Assembly: GCA_041659805.1 (NCBI GenBank)
Contig: JBAZXP010000001.1
Span: 640,589 to 704,588, forward strand
Direction of reading: 5' to 3'
Source of the DNA: Microgenomates group bacterium
GTDB taxonomy: Bacteria > Patescibacteriota > Microgenomatia > Daviesbacterales > UBA10151
DNA: 64,000 nucleotides
Shown here: positions 39,715 through 48,383 of the stretch, piece after piece
Numbering within the stretch: position 1 is the first letter of the stretch
Layout: each line of letters opens with the position of its first letter
Translations under genes and position numbers: made by a program
Notes under the pieces: generated by a model
What the model was told of the DNA's origin: nothing
Databases searched by the model: none
The model's input: only the letters and a program-made list of their open reading frames with translations

Positions 39715-40374
39715 AAGGGTAAATTCACCTTTTGGTTGTTGCTTTTTAAAGTCCTCTAGCCATTCAGAAATTTTTTGCTTTTTTACGTTTTGATGTAATT
39801 TGGTTAATTCTTTTTCAAGTACGATTTCAAAATCACTTCCATAAATAGTCTGCATGTCTTCTAAAGTCCTGATTAATTTATGGGGAGCAACATAAGTGAT
39901 AAAGGTGGTTGAGATCAGCTCATTAATATTAAGTAGCTTTTTTAGTAGTTCAGTTCTTTTTCCCTGTTTTTCAGGCAAATAACCTAAAAACATAAATTTG
40001 TCCGGCGGTAGACCTGATAAAGTTAAAGCAACTATAGCAGCTGTTGGGCCGGGTAGAGAATCTACTGTAATATCTTGTGCCAGACATTCTCTGATCAGTT
40101 TATACCCTGGGTCAGAAACTAAGGGTGTCCCAGCATCAGAAACAAGGCATAAATTTTTACCATTTTGTAATCTGTTTATAACAACCGGGAACATCTTAAA
40201 TTCATTATTGTCATTTAAGACCACCATAGGTTTTTTAATTTCAAAGTGATGAAGAAGTAAACCAGTGTGTCTGGAATCCTCACAAATTACCGCATCACAA
40301 CTTTTTAGAGCTTCAAGAGCCCTTAAAGTGATATCTTTTAAATTTCCAATAGGTGTTGATACAATAGTTAACAT
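39694..40374 (-). CDS. rsmI: 16S rRNA C1402 2'-O-methyltransferase
   Basis: STPIGNLKDITLRA, CEDSR, VSDAGTPLVSDPG, ELTKLH, KGEF. Confidence 0.95.
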   Translation of the reverse strand: MLTIVSTPIGNLKDITLRALEALKSCDAVICEDSRHTGLLLHHFEIKKPMVVLNDNNEFKMFPVVINRLQNGKNLCLVSDAGTPLVSDPGYKLIRECLAQDITVDSLPGPTAAIVALTLSGLPPDKFMFLGYLPEKQGKRTELLKKLLNINELISTTFITYVAPHKLIRTLEDMQTIYGSDFEIVLEKELTKLHQNVKKQKISEWLEDFKKQQPKGEFTLLLGFNS

Positions 40375-40394
40375 ACATTTGTATTATATAACTT

Positions 40395-41018
40395 ATGCTT
40401 GAAGCTGTCGCTGGTTGGGTCATCAATTTAATATCTAGCTTAGGTTATCCAGGAATCGTAATTGCCATGGCAATCGAGTCAGCCTTAATTCCTTTGCCTT
40501 CAGAAATTATCATGCCTTTTTCTGGATACTTAGCCTCAATTGGGAAATTTAGCTTATTTTGGGTTGCAATGGCAGGAGCTGTTGGTAATGTAATAGGATC
40601 TTTGATTGCTTATGCGATTGGTTATTACGGGCATGAAAAACTGGTTAGAAGGTTTATTAGAAAATTTGGTAAATGGATTTTAATTTCTGAAGATGAATTA
40701 GATGAAACAGAAAAATTATTACACAAATATAAGGATTTAGTTGTATTAGGAAGTAGGGTTGTCCCTGGAATAAGAACCGTAATTTCTCTGCCTTGTGGTT
40801 TTGCCAAACTACCATTATTCAGATTTATCATCATGACATTTATAGGTTCCTTTATTTGGTCATATTTTCTGGCATGGATTGGTTTTTTCATGGGAGAAAA
40901 TTGGGATACTTTGGGACCATACTTTCATAAAGCAGATGCAGCAATTATTGTTTTAATTTTAGTAGCAGTAGGCCTTTATATCAGATATAAACTCAAAAAG
41001 AACAAGGTTGACAAGTAA
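40395..41018 (+). CDS. dedA: DedA family membrane protein
   Basis: ESALIPLPSEIIMPFSG, RVVPGIRTVISLPCG. Confidence 0.93.
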   Translation: MLEAVAGWVINLISSLGYPGIVIAMAIESALIPLPSEIIMPFSGYLASIGKFSLFWVAMAGAVGNVIGSLIAYAIGYYGHEKLVRRFIRKFGKWILISEDELDETEKLLHKYKDLVVLGSRVVPGIRTVISLPCGFAKLPLFRFIIMTFIGSFIWSYFLAWIGFFMGENWDTLGPYFHKADAAIIVLILVAVGLYIRYKLKKNKVDK

Positions 41019-41043
41019 CCCTCCAGAAGCATATTATCGGCTT

Positions 41044-41505
41044 ATGTCTGCAGAAAATACAAATAAATGCGCTATCTCTCCTGAAACTTATGGTTTAATG
41101 CCTGACGGAACCTTGCCTCCAGTAGCAAAAAGAACTTCAAGGCTAATATTACCTACTGGCTTATTAATGCTTGTTTGCGTAGGGATTTTAGGAGTTAGCC
41201 AGATGAAAAATGTTTCAGCACAGGGAAATATAAATGATATTAAACCAACTCCTGAATCAACTGCGTGTGCTCAAGTGATAACTAGAGCTAAAAACAGAGT
41301 AACAAATATAATTAGATGTTTTTCAGATGCATGTTTTGATAGGATTGAATGGGAAGAAATGCCTTCTGATTCTGGTTGTGACGAGTCAACAACACATAAA
41401 ATTTTTGTTCCAAGAGTTAATAATCAATATCAAGAACCTGATGATTACCCTGAAGTTGGACCACAACCCGATCAGCCCAGAACAATAATTCCTATAGGAA
41501 ATTAA
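41044..41505 (+). CDS. Hypothetical membrane-anchored protein with Cys-rich segment
   Basis: TM, then CAQVITRA..C..FSDAC; TTGACA/TATTAT promoter before ATG 41044. Confidence 0.6.
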   Translation: MSAENTNKCAISPETYGLMPDGTLPPVAKRTSRLILPTGLLMLVCVGILGVSQMKNVSAQGNINDIKPTPESTACAQVITRAKNRVTNIIRCFSDACFDRIEWEEMPSDSGCDESTTHKIFVPRVNNQYQEPDDYPEVGPQPDQPRTIIPIGN

Positions 41506-41600
41506 AATCTTTCTATAATATCTATATACAGCAGTAAATATTTTTTAAATAGCGGAAGGTATTATTGATTGATATTTATTTTTTGATATAATAACAAAAT

Positions 41601-41864
41601 ATGATTAATGCAAAAGAAGGAAAACATGTTATTGTTAAGTCTAATACTATAGTTGGAACTGTTTACTCACAGCTTGTTGGGGTTACCATCACCGATATTG
41701 ATTTGACATTAGAATTTGTTTATGTAAATCCAAGACCTAATCAAGAAGGAACTAATGAAGGCGCAGTTGTAGCTAGGGTAACACTTCCGATAGAAGCAGC
41801 AAAAGGTCTTTCTGAAACTATAAAGGATACGTTGACAAAACATTTTGCTAAGAAAGGGAACTAA
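41601..41864 (+). CDS. DUF3467-like small protein
   Basis: VYSQLVGV..DLTLEF..VVARVTLP..AKGL pattern. Confidence 0.65.
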   Translation: MINAKEGKHVIVKSNTIVGTVYSQLVGVTITDIDLTLEFVYVNPRPNQEGTNEGAVVARVTLPIEAAKGLSETIKDTLTKHFAKKGN

Positions 41865-41865
41865 A

Positions 41866-42156
41866 ATGCCACAAGGTTATATCGATCCAACTTTTTCTGA
41901 ACCTACAAAAATGCCTAAATGGGGTAAAAAAATTACTGCGGATAATGAAACGGATTGGGGCGAAGGTCATTTTGTAGTATGGGTTTCTAATTATCCTTCT
42001 TATCTTGATTTTGCAGAAGAAGAATCATTTAAGAAGCTTTTGCTTAATTCTGAATTTATCGAAGAGGTTAGAGAGACAGATAAACTTTTTGAAACAAATT
42101 CTACCAGTTTTGCTAATCTCTCTGAACTTTATAGAAAAATAAAAAAGAGCAGATGA
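41866..42156 (+). CDS. Putative antitoxin
   Basis: Small acidic ORF directly upstream of the RelE-like gene; C-terminus LLNSEFIEEVRE..LSEL. Confidence 0.5.
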   Translation: MPQGYIDPTFSEPTKMPKWGKKITADNETDWGEGHFVVWVSNYPSYLDFAEEESFKKLLLNSEFIEEVRETDKLFETNSTSFANLSELYRKIKKSR

Positions 42157-42157
42157 G

Positions 42158-42460
42158 ATGTATACAATTACAGGTAAATCAGGCTCTATAGATAGAGATT
42201 TCGAAAAAATAATCAATTCCATAACCATAGTTCAAGCTGAAGAGTTAGTTAATATTTTGGAAAATTTTCCAAAAGGGAACTCAACTACACACAAAAGTAT
42301 TAAATGTGTTTATTGTGATGGAAAAAAATTATGGCAATACGATTTAACTTGGGGGGACAGGGTTATTTATAAAGTAATAGATAAAGGTAAAATTGTGCTT
42401 ATATATTATATTGGTGATCATAAAGGTGCTGAAACTTTTCGTAGAAGAGGTAGTGTTTAA
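42158..42460 (+). CDS. RelE/ParE-superfamily toxin-like protein
   Basis: 100 aa; RDFEK..LENFP..DRVIYKV..IVLIYYIGDH pattern. Confidence 0.7.
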   Translation: MYTITGKSGSIDRDFEKIINSITIVQAEELVNILENFPKGNSTTHKSIKCVYCDGKKLWQYDLTWGDRVIYKVIDKGKIVLIYYIGDHKGAETFRRRGSV

Positions 42461-42478
42461 AAAATCAGTGAAATTTAA

Positions 42479-43093
42479 CTAAAATCTCCTGATTACTCCT
42501 ACACATTTACCCTGAATTTTAACGTCTGTTGCATAAATTGGCTCCATGGCTGAATTTGCAGGTTCTAACCTGATTCTGGTTGCCTCACGGTAGAATTTTT
42601 TAAGGGTAGCCAGTCCGTTTTCAAGAAGCGCTACCACTATTTCACCATTGTTGGCAGAAGTTTGTTCTTCAATGATGACGTAATCACCATCCAGAATTCC
42701 TTCTTCAATCATTGAATCACCTTTAACCTGGAGCACAAAAGAACGTTTTTTGCCTGTGATCATATTGGTTGGTACATTTACTGTGGCGTTTGGATCCGTG
42801 TAAACCATAATCGGTTGTCCTGCTGCAATAAAGCCTAATATTGGCAACTCTATTCCTTTTAAGCCTTGAGCTATTTGTGCGTCCAGCACTTCTATTCCTC
42901 TGATTGCTCCTTCAAACTTTTTGATTAATCCCTTATGAACTAAGGCCTGTAAATGTTCGTGAACTGTAGCAAGAGAAGAAACTCCAATGCTGTTGGCAAT
43001 TTCAGCTAAGGTAGGTGAATATCCATATTTTTCAATATATTGTTTAATAAAATCCAGTATTTGTCTTTGGCGTTTGTATAAAGTTATCGGCAT
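42479..43093 (-). CDS. lexA: SOS repressor LexA
   Basis: RQRQILDFI..GYSPTLAEI..HEHLQAL, cleavage site IAAG, GDSM, TLKK; ATG 43093. Confidence 0.96.
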   Translation of the reverse strand: MPITLYKRQRQILDFIKQYIEKYGYSPTLAEIANSIGVSSLATVHEHLQALVHKGLIKKFEGAIRGIEVLDAQIAQGLKGIELPILGFIAAGQPIMVYTDPNATVNVPTNMITGKKRSFVLQVKGDSMIEEGILDGDYVIIEEQTSANNGEIVVALLENGLATLKKFYREATRIRLEPANSAMEPIYATDVKIQGKCVGVIRRF

Positions 43094-43120
43094 ATATTTT
43101 CGCTTTTTGTTTGTGTATTT

Positions 43121-43150
43121 AAGATACCAAAGACAACCCGAATATGTCAA
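43121..43150 (-). promoter_or_regulatory. lexA promoter with putative SOS box TTCGG-GTTGTC-TTTGG (43127..43142) between -35 and -10
   Basis: Minus strand TTGACA-N18-TATCTT; similar repeat occurs upstream of uvrB and uvrA. Confidence 0.7.
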
Positions 43151-43295
43151 CTAGGTAAAAATATATCATTTCTAGTTACTTGACAGAGACTGCAATAAAA
43201 GCTTATAACAATATTTGTACTGATTAACTGCCTCAAGGATGAAATTATGATCATTTTTCTCCAAGTTCAAATAAAAAATTTACTTTGTAAATTAG

Positions 43296-43324
43296 AAAAC
43301 CAGCCAATTTAGAGCTGGTTTTTT
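43296..43324 (+). terminator. Intrinsic terminator-like hairpin in the leader of the TasA-like operon
   Basis: AAAACCAGC-N9-GCTGGTTTTTT between a TTGACA/TATAAC promoter (43180..43209) and the SD at about 43350. Confidence 0.6.
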
Positions 43325-43364
43325 GTAAGAAAAATTCAATTTTTAAGGGAAAGGAGGTGAAAAA

Positions 43365-44336
43365 ATGAAAAAAATACTTTTAAGCATAATGGCTATTGCC
43401 TTAGTGGCAACAGCCGGAATTTACTCTACAAGAGCATATTTTACCGATACCGAAGTCTCAACCGGAAATGAAATTCAGGCAGGGACAATCGATATCTCAG
43501 TTGATGGAGAAAATCCTTGGTCTAGAACATATACTGAAAACTGGACAGATTTTAAGCCTGGTGTAACTAAGGAAATGACCTTTGTGGTAAGAAATGAGGG
43601 CGCTAATCCAGTGGTTTTGAGAAAAATGTTGGAAAATTTCGTAGCCAGCACAGGATCTCAAACTGAACCGGAATGTGCAGCAGAACTTGGATCATGGGGT
43701 GAAGGATGTACTGGAATGACTGCAGAGGATAATGATTTATCCAAAGTCATGATTTACAGTATGACTGTTACTCCGGAAGGCGGTTCCCCAATTGTTGTTT
43801 TACCAGAAAGTTTAGGTAAGACCATGGCTAACGTTGAAGATCTCTGGTTCCCATTGGGAACAATTGAACCTGGTCAGACTTTAACAGTTACTCAAAGCTA
43901 CAAAATGAGTCCAGATGCAGGTAATCAATATCAAGGTGATACTTTAACCTTTGATATCAAGTTATTTGCAGAACAAAGACTTGGGCTTGGTGTAGATACC
44001 TCTAACGGAGTCGTTGTTGATAACAAAACAGGTGATCCTGATTGGTATTCAATGGTTGACGGCACTTTTGGAGTATTGAACAAGACAGGAGCAACAGACT
44101 ATACCTTTAATGGTTATGGTTTGGAAGCAGGGGCAACGTATCGTTTAGTTTACTCAGTTGATCCATATGGAAGCTTTACACAGCTTGCTAGTGGAGTAGC
44201 AACAGGTGGAACTATAACTTTATCCGGAAGCAATCTTCCTTTGTCTTTAACAGGCAAGGTTTGGTTACTATACGGTTCAAGTGGATGGGGTAATAATCTC
44301 AAAAACTTGTGGGAAGTTAACTTAATTAGCTATTAA
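43365..44336 (+). CDS. TasA/camelysin-like protein with SipW-class signal peptide (putative major fibre subunit)
   Basis: STRAYFTDTEVSTGNEIQAGTIDI, FKPG..F.VRNEG, AGNQYQG..FDIK..AEQ; SD AAGGAGGTGA. Confidence 0.85.
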   Translation: MKKILLSIMAIALVATAGIYSTRAYFTDTEVSTGNEIQAGTIDISVDGENPWSRTYTENWTDFKPGVTKEMTFVVRNEGANPVVLRKMLENFVASTGSQTEPECAAELGSWGEGCTGMTAEDNDLSKVMIYSMTVTPEGGSPIVVLPESLGKTMANVEDLWFPLGTIEPGQTLTVTQSYKMSPDAGNQYQGDTLTFDIKLFAEQRLGLGVDTSNGVVVDNKTGDPDWYSMVDGTFGVLNKTGATDYTFNGYGLEAGATYRLVYSVDPYGSFTQLASGVATGGTITLSGSNLPLSLTGKVWLLYGSSGWGNNLKNLWEVNLISY

Positions 44337-44360
44337 TTTTTTTTAGTTAATTGGTTTTTT

Positions 44361-44386
44361 GGGAGCCGAAGAAGTTTTCGGCTTCC
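44361..44386 (+). terminator. Intergenic stem-loop after the TasA-like gene
   Basis: GGGAGCCGAA-N6-TTCGGCTTCC; no U-tract. Confidence 0.55.
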
Positions 44387-44397
44387 TCTAAAGCCTT

Positions 44398-45027
44398 ATG
44401 AAAAAAATAGGAAATATATTTTACTGGATTTGTCTGACATTGCTAATTTTTGTGGCTATTGCAACAGCTTTTACTGTGTTGGAAGCTCCCGGTGGATACA
44501 GGTTATTTTTAGTTAGATCAGGTTCCATGGAACCTGCAGTTAAGACAGGATCAATAGTATTGGTGGCACCACAGACAAAATATTCAGCCGGAGATATTGT
44601 AACTTTTTTGAATAAAACTACAGCCAAATTAAAAGATCCCAATTCAACTACAACTCACAGAATTACTAAAGTTTCAGATGATGAGGGAAGGCCCACTTAT
44701 CAAACAAAAGGCGATGCCAACCGTTCTGCTGATATGGAATCAATTACTCAAAGACAAATTTTAGGAAAAGTTTTGTTAGTGATTCCTTTGATAGGTTATC
44801 TTATTGCTTTTACCAAGACTCAAGTGGGTTTTATCGCGTTTATTATTGTGCCTATCACCTTAATTATTTTTAGTGAACTATTGACAATAAAAAAAGAAAC
44901 TCAAAGATTGATGAGCGAAAGAAAAAGCAGAAAGTTAACAGCAATAGAACGAGTAGAAGAAAAAATCGGAGAAGAAATTATTAAAATCAAAAAAGTTACC
45001 AAAAAGAAAACCAAAAATAAAAAATGA
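44398..45027 (+). CDS. sipW: SipW-type (ER/archaeal-like) signal peptidase I
   Basis: VRSGSMEP, GDIVTF, TTHRI, TKGDAN..D, IPLIGY (Ser-His type). Confidence 0.92.
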   Translation: MKKIGNIFYWICLTLLIFVAIATAFTVLEAPGGYRLFLVRSGSMEPAVKTGSIVLVAPQTKYSAGDIVTFLNKTTAKLKDPNSTTTHRITKVSDDEGRPTYQTKGDANRSADMESITQRQILGKVLLVIPLIGYLIAFTKTQVGFIAFIIVPITLIIFSELLTIKKETQRLMSERKSRKLTAIERVEEKIGEEIIKIKKVTKKKTKNKK

Positions 45028-46382
45028 TCAAAAACCTATTATTAAAAATTAGCGTAATGGTGTTTGTTTTTAGTTTTAGTTTTGTGGGAGTTACATATGG
45101 GAGAGTTAATCCTGCCGGTTTCAATGATTTTGAAGAGTCTGCCGGAAATAATTTGCAGGCTTCGACTTTGGATTTTTCCTTAAGAAACTCAGACGGAAGT
45201 TTGATAACTCCTCCTTTATTTAATGTTTCATCATTTAAACCGGAAGACAGTTCTTCAAAAAGTGCTGTTATTAAAAAAGACGGTACTTTGGATTTTAACT
45301 ACAATATTTCAGCAGCTAAAATAGGTGATGATAATTTATGTTCTGCCCTTCAAATTGAGGCTAAATTGGATGGGGTAACCAAATACAGCGGTAATTTACT
45401 AGGTTTAAACACCACACCGGCAATAACAATCACAGGAGATCAGGATGACTGGACTTTTAGAGTGACTTTAGTAAATTCAGATGCTTCTTTGCAGGATAAA
45501 ACATGTAACTTTAATATTGCGTACCGAGGTTGGCAGACAGATTCTGACGGAACATGGGGATTTAGTGATGAAGAAATATTAAGTAATAATGTGAGCACCG
45601 GGAATTGGGGAGCGATTTCTGCAGGAGACGTCATTATTAATGAGGTGATGTGGATGGGGTCAACAGAATCTACGGCTGATGAATGGCTGGAACTTCGAAA
45701 TATGACTAATCATGAAATAGATATTGGTAAATGGACACTGGATAATACAAAAGATGGTGGAGCTAGAAAATTAATGATTCCGGCGAGTAGAAGTATCCCG
45801 GCCAATGGTTATTTTCTTATTGCTAATTATCCAAAAACAAGTGCAAATTCGGTTCTTAATGTAGATGTAGATGAAGTAGCCAATTTAGAACTCCTTAATT
45901 CTGAAAATGGAAATATTATATTAAAGGATAAAAACGGAAATATTATAGATCAAGCTAAAGGTGATAGTTGGCCTGTAGGCGAAAATGGAACAGATAAAAA
46001 ATCTATGGAGAGAAACAATACACCTGGTGATGGAACACAGATAAGTAATTGGCATTTATGTATAAATTCATTCTGTAATGACACAACATATTGGGATAGT
46101 GAAGGACGAAATTATGGAACACCGAAAGCTGTAAACTTATCTGAAAATGATCCGACCTCACCGGATTACATTCCTTCGCTGGCTCCGCCAATCGAGGTTT
46201 CTTCCTCAGCCATTTTGAATATTAGCCCTACTCCGGAGTCCAGCGGATCTGCTTCAATTGTTCCTACGCCTTCAGAAACACCAACTCCAACTCCTGTTTC
46301 TGAACCAAGCCCGACGCCAACAGCTGTAATAATACCTGAATCAACACCTGCTCCCACAGAAACACAGATTCCTACACCATGA
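45024..46382 (+). CDS. SipW-class secreted protein: TasA-like N-terminus, lamin-tail domain, Pro/Thr tail
   Basis: FNDFEESAGNNLQASTLDF; VIINEVMW..DEWLELRN..GTP; PTP-rich end. Confidence 0.8.
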   Translation: MIKNLLLKISVMVFVFSFSFVGVTYGRVNPAGFNDFEESAGNNLQASTLDFSLRNSDGSLITPPLFNVSSFKPEDSSSKSAVIKKDGTLDFNYNISAAKIGDDNLCSALQIEAKLDGVTKYSGNLLGLNTTPAITITGDQDDWTFRVTLVNSDASLQDKTCNFNIAYRGWQTDSDGTWGFSDEEILSNNVSTGNWGAISAGDVIINEVMWMGSTESTADEWLELRNMTNHEIDIGKWTLDNTKDGGARKLMIPASRSIPANGYFLIANYPKTSANSVLNVDVDEVANLELLNSENGNIILKDKNGNIIDQAKGDSWPVGENGTDKKSMERNNTPGDGTQISNWHLCINSFCNDTTYWDSEGRNYGTPKAVNLSENDPTSPDYIPSLAPPIEVSSSAILNISPTPESSGSASIVPTPSETPTPTPVSEPSPTPTAVIIPESTPAPTETQIPTP

Positions 46383-47623
46383 AAAAAATTATAACTATCA
46401 TTCTTTTTATTTTGTTCTTTGGGTTATCTGCGCCGAGTGTTTTAGCAGCAGATTTAAATGTTGAATGTAACGGTTCCGGTTCATGCTCCAAAAGCGGTAT
46501 GGATCCATTATTTAGTGAATCAAGTGATGGAAGTTGGGTTCCTGGTGTTAATTTAATTAAAACAATCAACCTAAAAAATTCAAGTTCAGAAACTAAACAA
46601 ATTGCTGTTAAAGCTGCCAGAACTTCCGAGGCAGATATTTTAGAAAATGTAATGTTGGTTGACGTAGCACCCTTAGGAGGAGTAAATATTTTTTCAGGAA
46701 ATCTTGCTGATTTTTATGATCTGGATCATATTAACTTAGGTAATTTAGCGCCTGGTGAAAATAAAGATATTAATTTTTTAGTTACGATGTCTCCTTTGGC
46801 AGGGAATGAATATCAGGGTAGAAAAACAGTCTTTGATTTAACCTTAGGTTTTTGGGCTACTGAAACAACAACCTCCGGAGGCGGTGATGTTGCAGGTACA
46901 TCAACCGGCACGGGAGGGCCTTCTGTCTGTACGGATTCTAAGCCAGGTACCCCAATTAATTTAGCCGTAATTGTCGGGCCAAATTCTGATCAAGTTACAT
47001 TGTTCTGGTCTGGGGTTTCTCCCTACACATCCTTTTTGATTGCTTATTCCGATACTCCCGATGCTCCAAAATGGGGAAATCCTGATGTTGGAAATGTATC
47101 CTCGTATATAGTATCAGGCTTACCAAATGGGACATTCTTTTTTTGGGTAAGGGAGAACAATAGTTGTATGCCGGGAGATTTTGCAGGTCCGGTCTCCGTA
47201 TTTTTAAGCTCAAGTTCTGCTACAGGTTTGGCCGGAGGTTTTCAGGAAAATGTTTTAGGCATCAATTCCGATAAAGAGTCAACACCGTCCGGAAAATTAT
47301 CGGAAGGAACGCAAAGCGGTGAAGTTGCAGGAATCGAAACAGGCATTTGTCAAAGTTGTCTTTGGTGGCCAATTTTATTATTGGAATTTATTGCGTTGCT
47401 TACCTTTTATCATTTAGTTTTGAAAAAATATGGATCCAAAAATAATTATTTCATCTCCACCCTTATTCCATTATCAGTCTATCTTGTTTTTCAGTCTTTG
47501 AATAAAAGTTGTGTCAGCAGTATTTTTTTCTGTCGTTACTTTTGGTTGCTTGACGGTGGTTTATTTCTTGTCTTCATGGTACTGATTAAAGGTTGGAAAG
47601 ATCTGACTAATTCTTCAAAATAA
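46379..47623 (+). CDS. TasA-like domain plus FN3-like domain plus C-terminal TM anchor
   Basis: PLF..WVPG..LAPGENK..AGNEYQG..FDL; VTLFW..YIVSGL..FWVR; three C-terminal hydrophobic helices. Confidence 0.7.
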   Translation: MKKIITIILFILFFGLSAPSVLAADLNVECNGSGSCSKSGMDPLFSESSDGSWVPGVNLIKTINLKNSSSETKQIAVKAARTSEADILENVMLVDVAPLGGVNIFSGNLADFYDLDHINLGNLAPGENKDINFLVTMSPLAGNEYQGRKTVFDLTLGFWATETTTSGGGDVAGTSTGTGGPSVCTDSKPGTPINLAVIVGPNSDQVTLFWSGVSPYTSFLIAYSDTPDAPKWGNPDVGNVSSYIVSGLPNGTFFFWVRENNSCMPGDFAGPVSVFLSSSSATGLAGGFQENVLGINSDKESTPSGKLSEGTQSGEVAGIETGICQSCLWWPILLLEFIALLTFYHLVLKKYGSKNNYFISTLIPLSVYLVFQSLNKSCVSSIFFCRYFWLLDGGLFLVFMVLIKGWKDLTNSSK

Positions 47624-47668
47624 GAGTACTTCATCTCTAAGAACTTCCGGGTGTTATACTAAATATTA

Positions 47669-48268
47669 ATGAAGCTGATTGTCCTAGGTTTAGTAACAAT
47701 TTTTATTGGCGCTTTTATTGCCTTTTTTTACCCTGTTATTAAGGCAGAAATAAATTTATATTTTTTAAACCATAATGGCTTGAGGTTTCAGGTAGATGCA
47801 ATCCAAACAGAGAAAAGGCAGCTTATTCCTAATGATGATCAATTTGGGATAGTGATTAATAAGATTGCAGCTAACGGTAAAGTGCAGGAATTTGATGTTG
47901 TAAATAACAATCTCTCTTTAGAGTATTTTTTACAGCGTGGGTTGGTTCACCTGTCTGATTCTGCCAGGCCGGGTAGTATTGGAAATGTGGTAATAATCAC
48001 TCAAACGAGTGGTGGTTGGTATTGGTATACAAGAACAAATCCGGAGTTTTATTTAATTTATAAACTCATGCCGGGTGATGTTATTGAGGTTTTTTATAAA
48101 GGTGAAAGATTTGATTATATAGTTACAGAAAATAGTTGGGTTAGCGAGAAAAGGCTTGAAAATTACACTGCTGCATCTGATCAAAAAATATTAACTATTT
48201 TATCCGGTTGGCCTCCTGGTACAATGATGTTCCGCCTTGTTGTTCAGGCTAAAATGATAGAGCAGTAG
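47669..48268 (+). CDS. Sortase-like protein lacking catalytic His and Cys
   Basis: LQRGLVHL..RPGSIGNVVI, LMPGDVI, TILSGWPPG..RLVVQA. Confidence 0.8.
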   Translation: MKLIVLGLVTIFIGAFIAFFYPVIKAEINLYFLNHNGLRFQVDAIQTEKRQLIPNDDQFGIVINKIAANGKVQEFDVVNNNLSLEYFLQRGLVHLSDSARPGSIGNVVIITQTSGGWYWYTRTNPEFYLIYKLMPGDVIEVFYKGERFDYIVTENSWVSEKRLENYTAASDQKILTILSGWPPGTMMFRLVVQAKMIEQ

Positions 48269-48272
48269 TGAT

Positions 48273-48288
48273 TTCGGGTCTTCTTCGT
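48273..48288 (+). promoter_or_regulatory. Putative SOS box upstream of uvrB
   Basis: TTCGG-GTCTTC-TTCGT abutting TGnTAAAAT. Confidence 0.72.
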
Positions 48289-48383
48289 GTTAAAATAAGA
48301 ACCTGCTTCACTCGCTGAATTTATAATTTTCAGCTCGTTTGCAGAACCTTGCCTTTTCAGTTAGGCTGAAAAGGTGGTCTATT

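Noticed and set aside
46166-46380. Tandem repeat region and antisense 63-aa ORF
   Set aside because: Low-complexity Pro/Thr linker coding sequence
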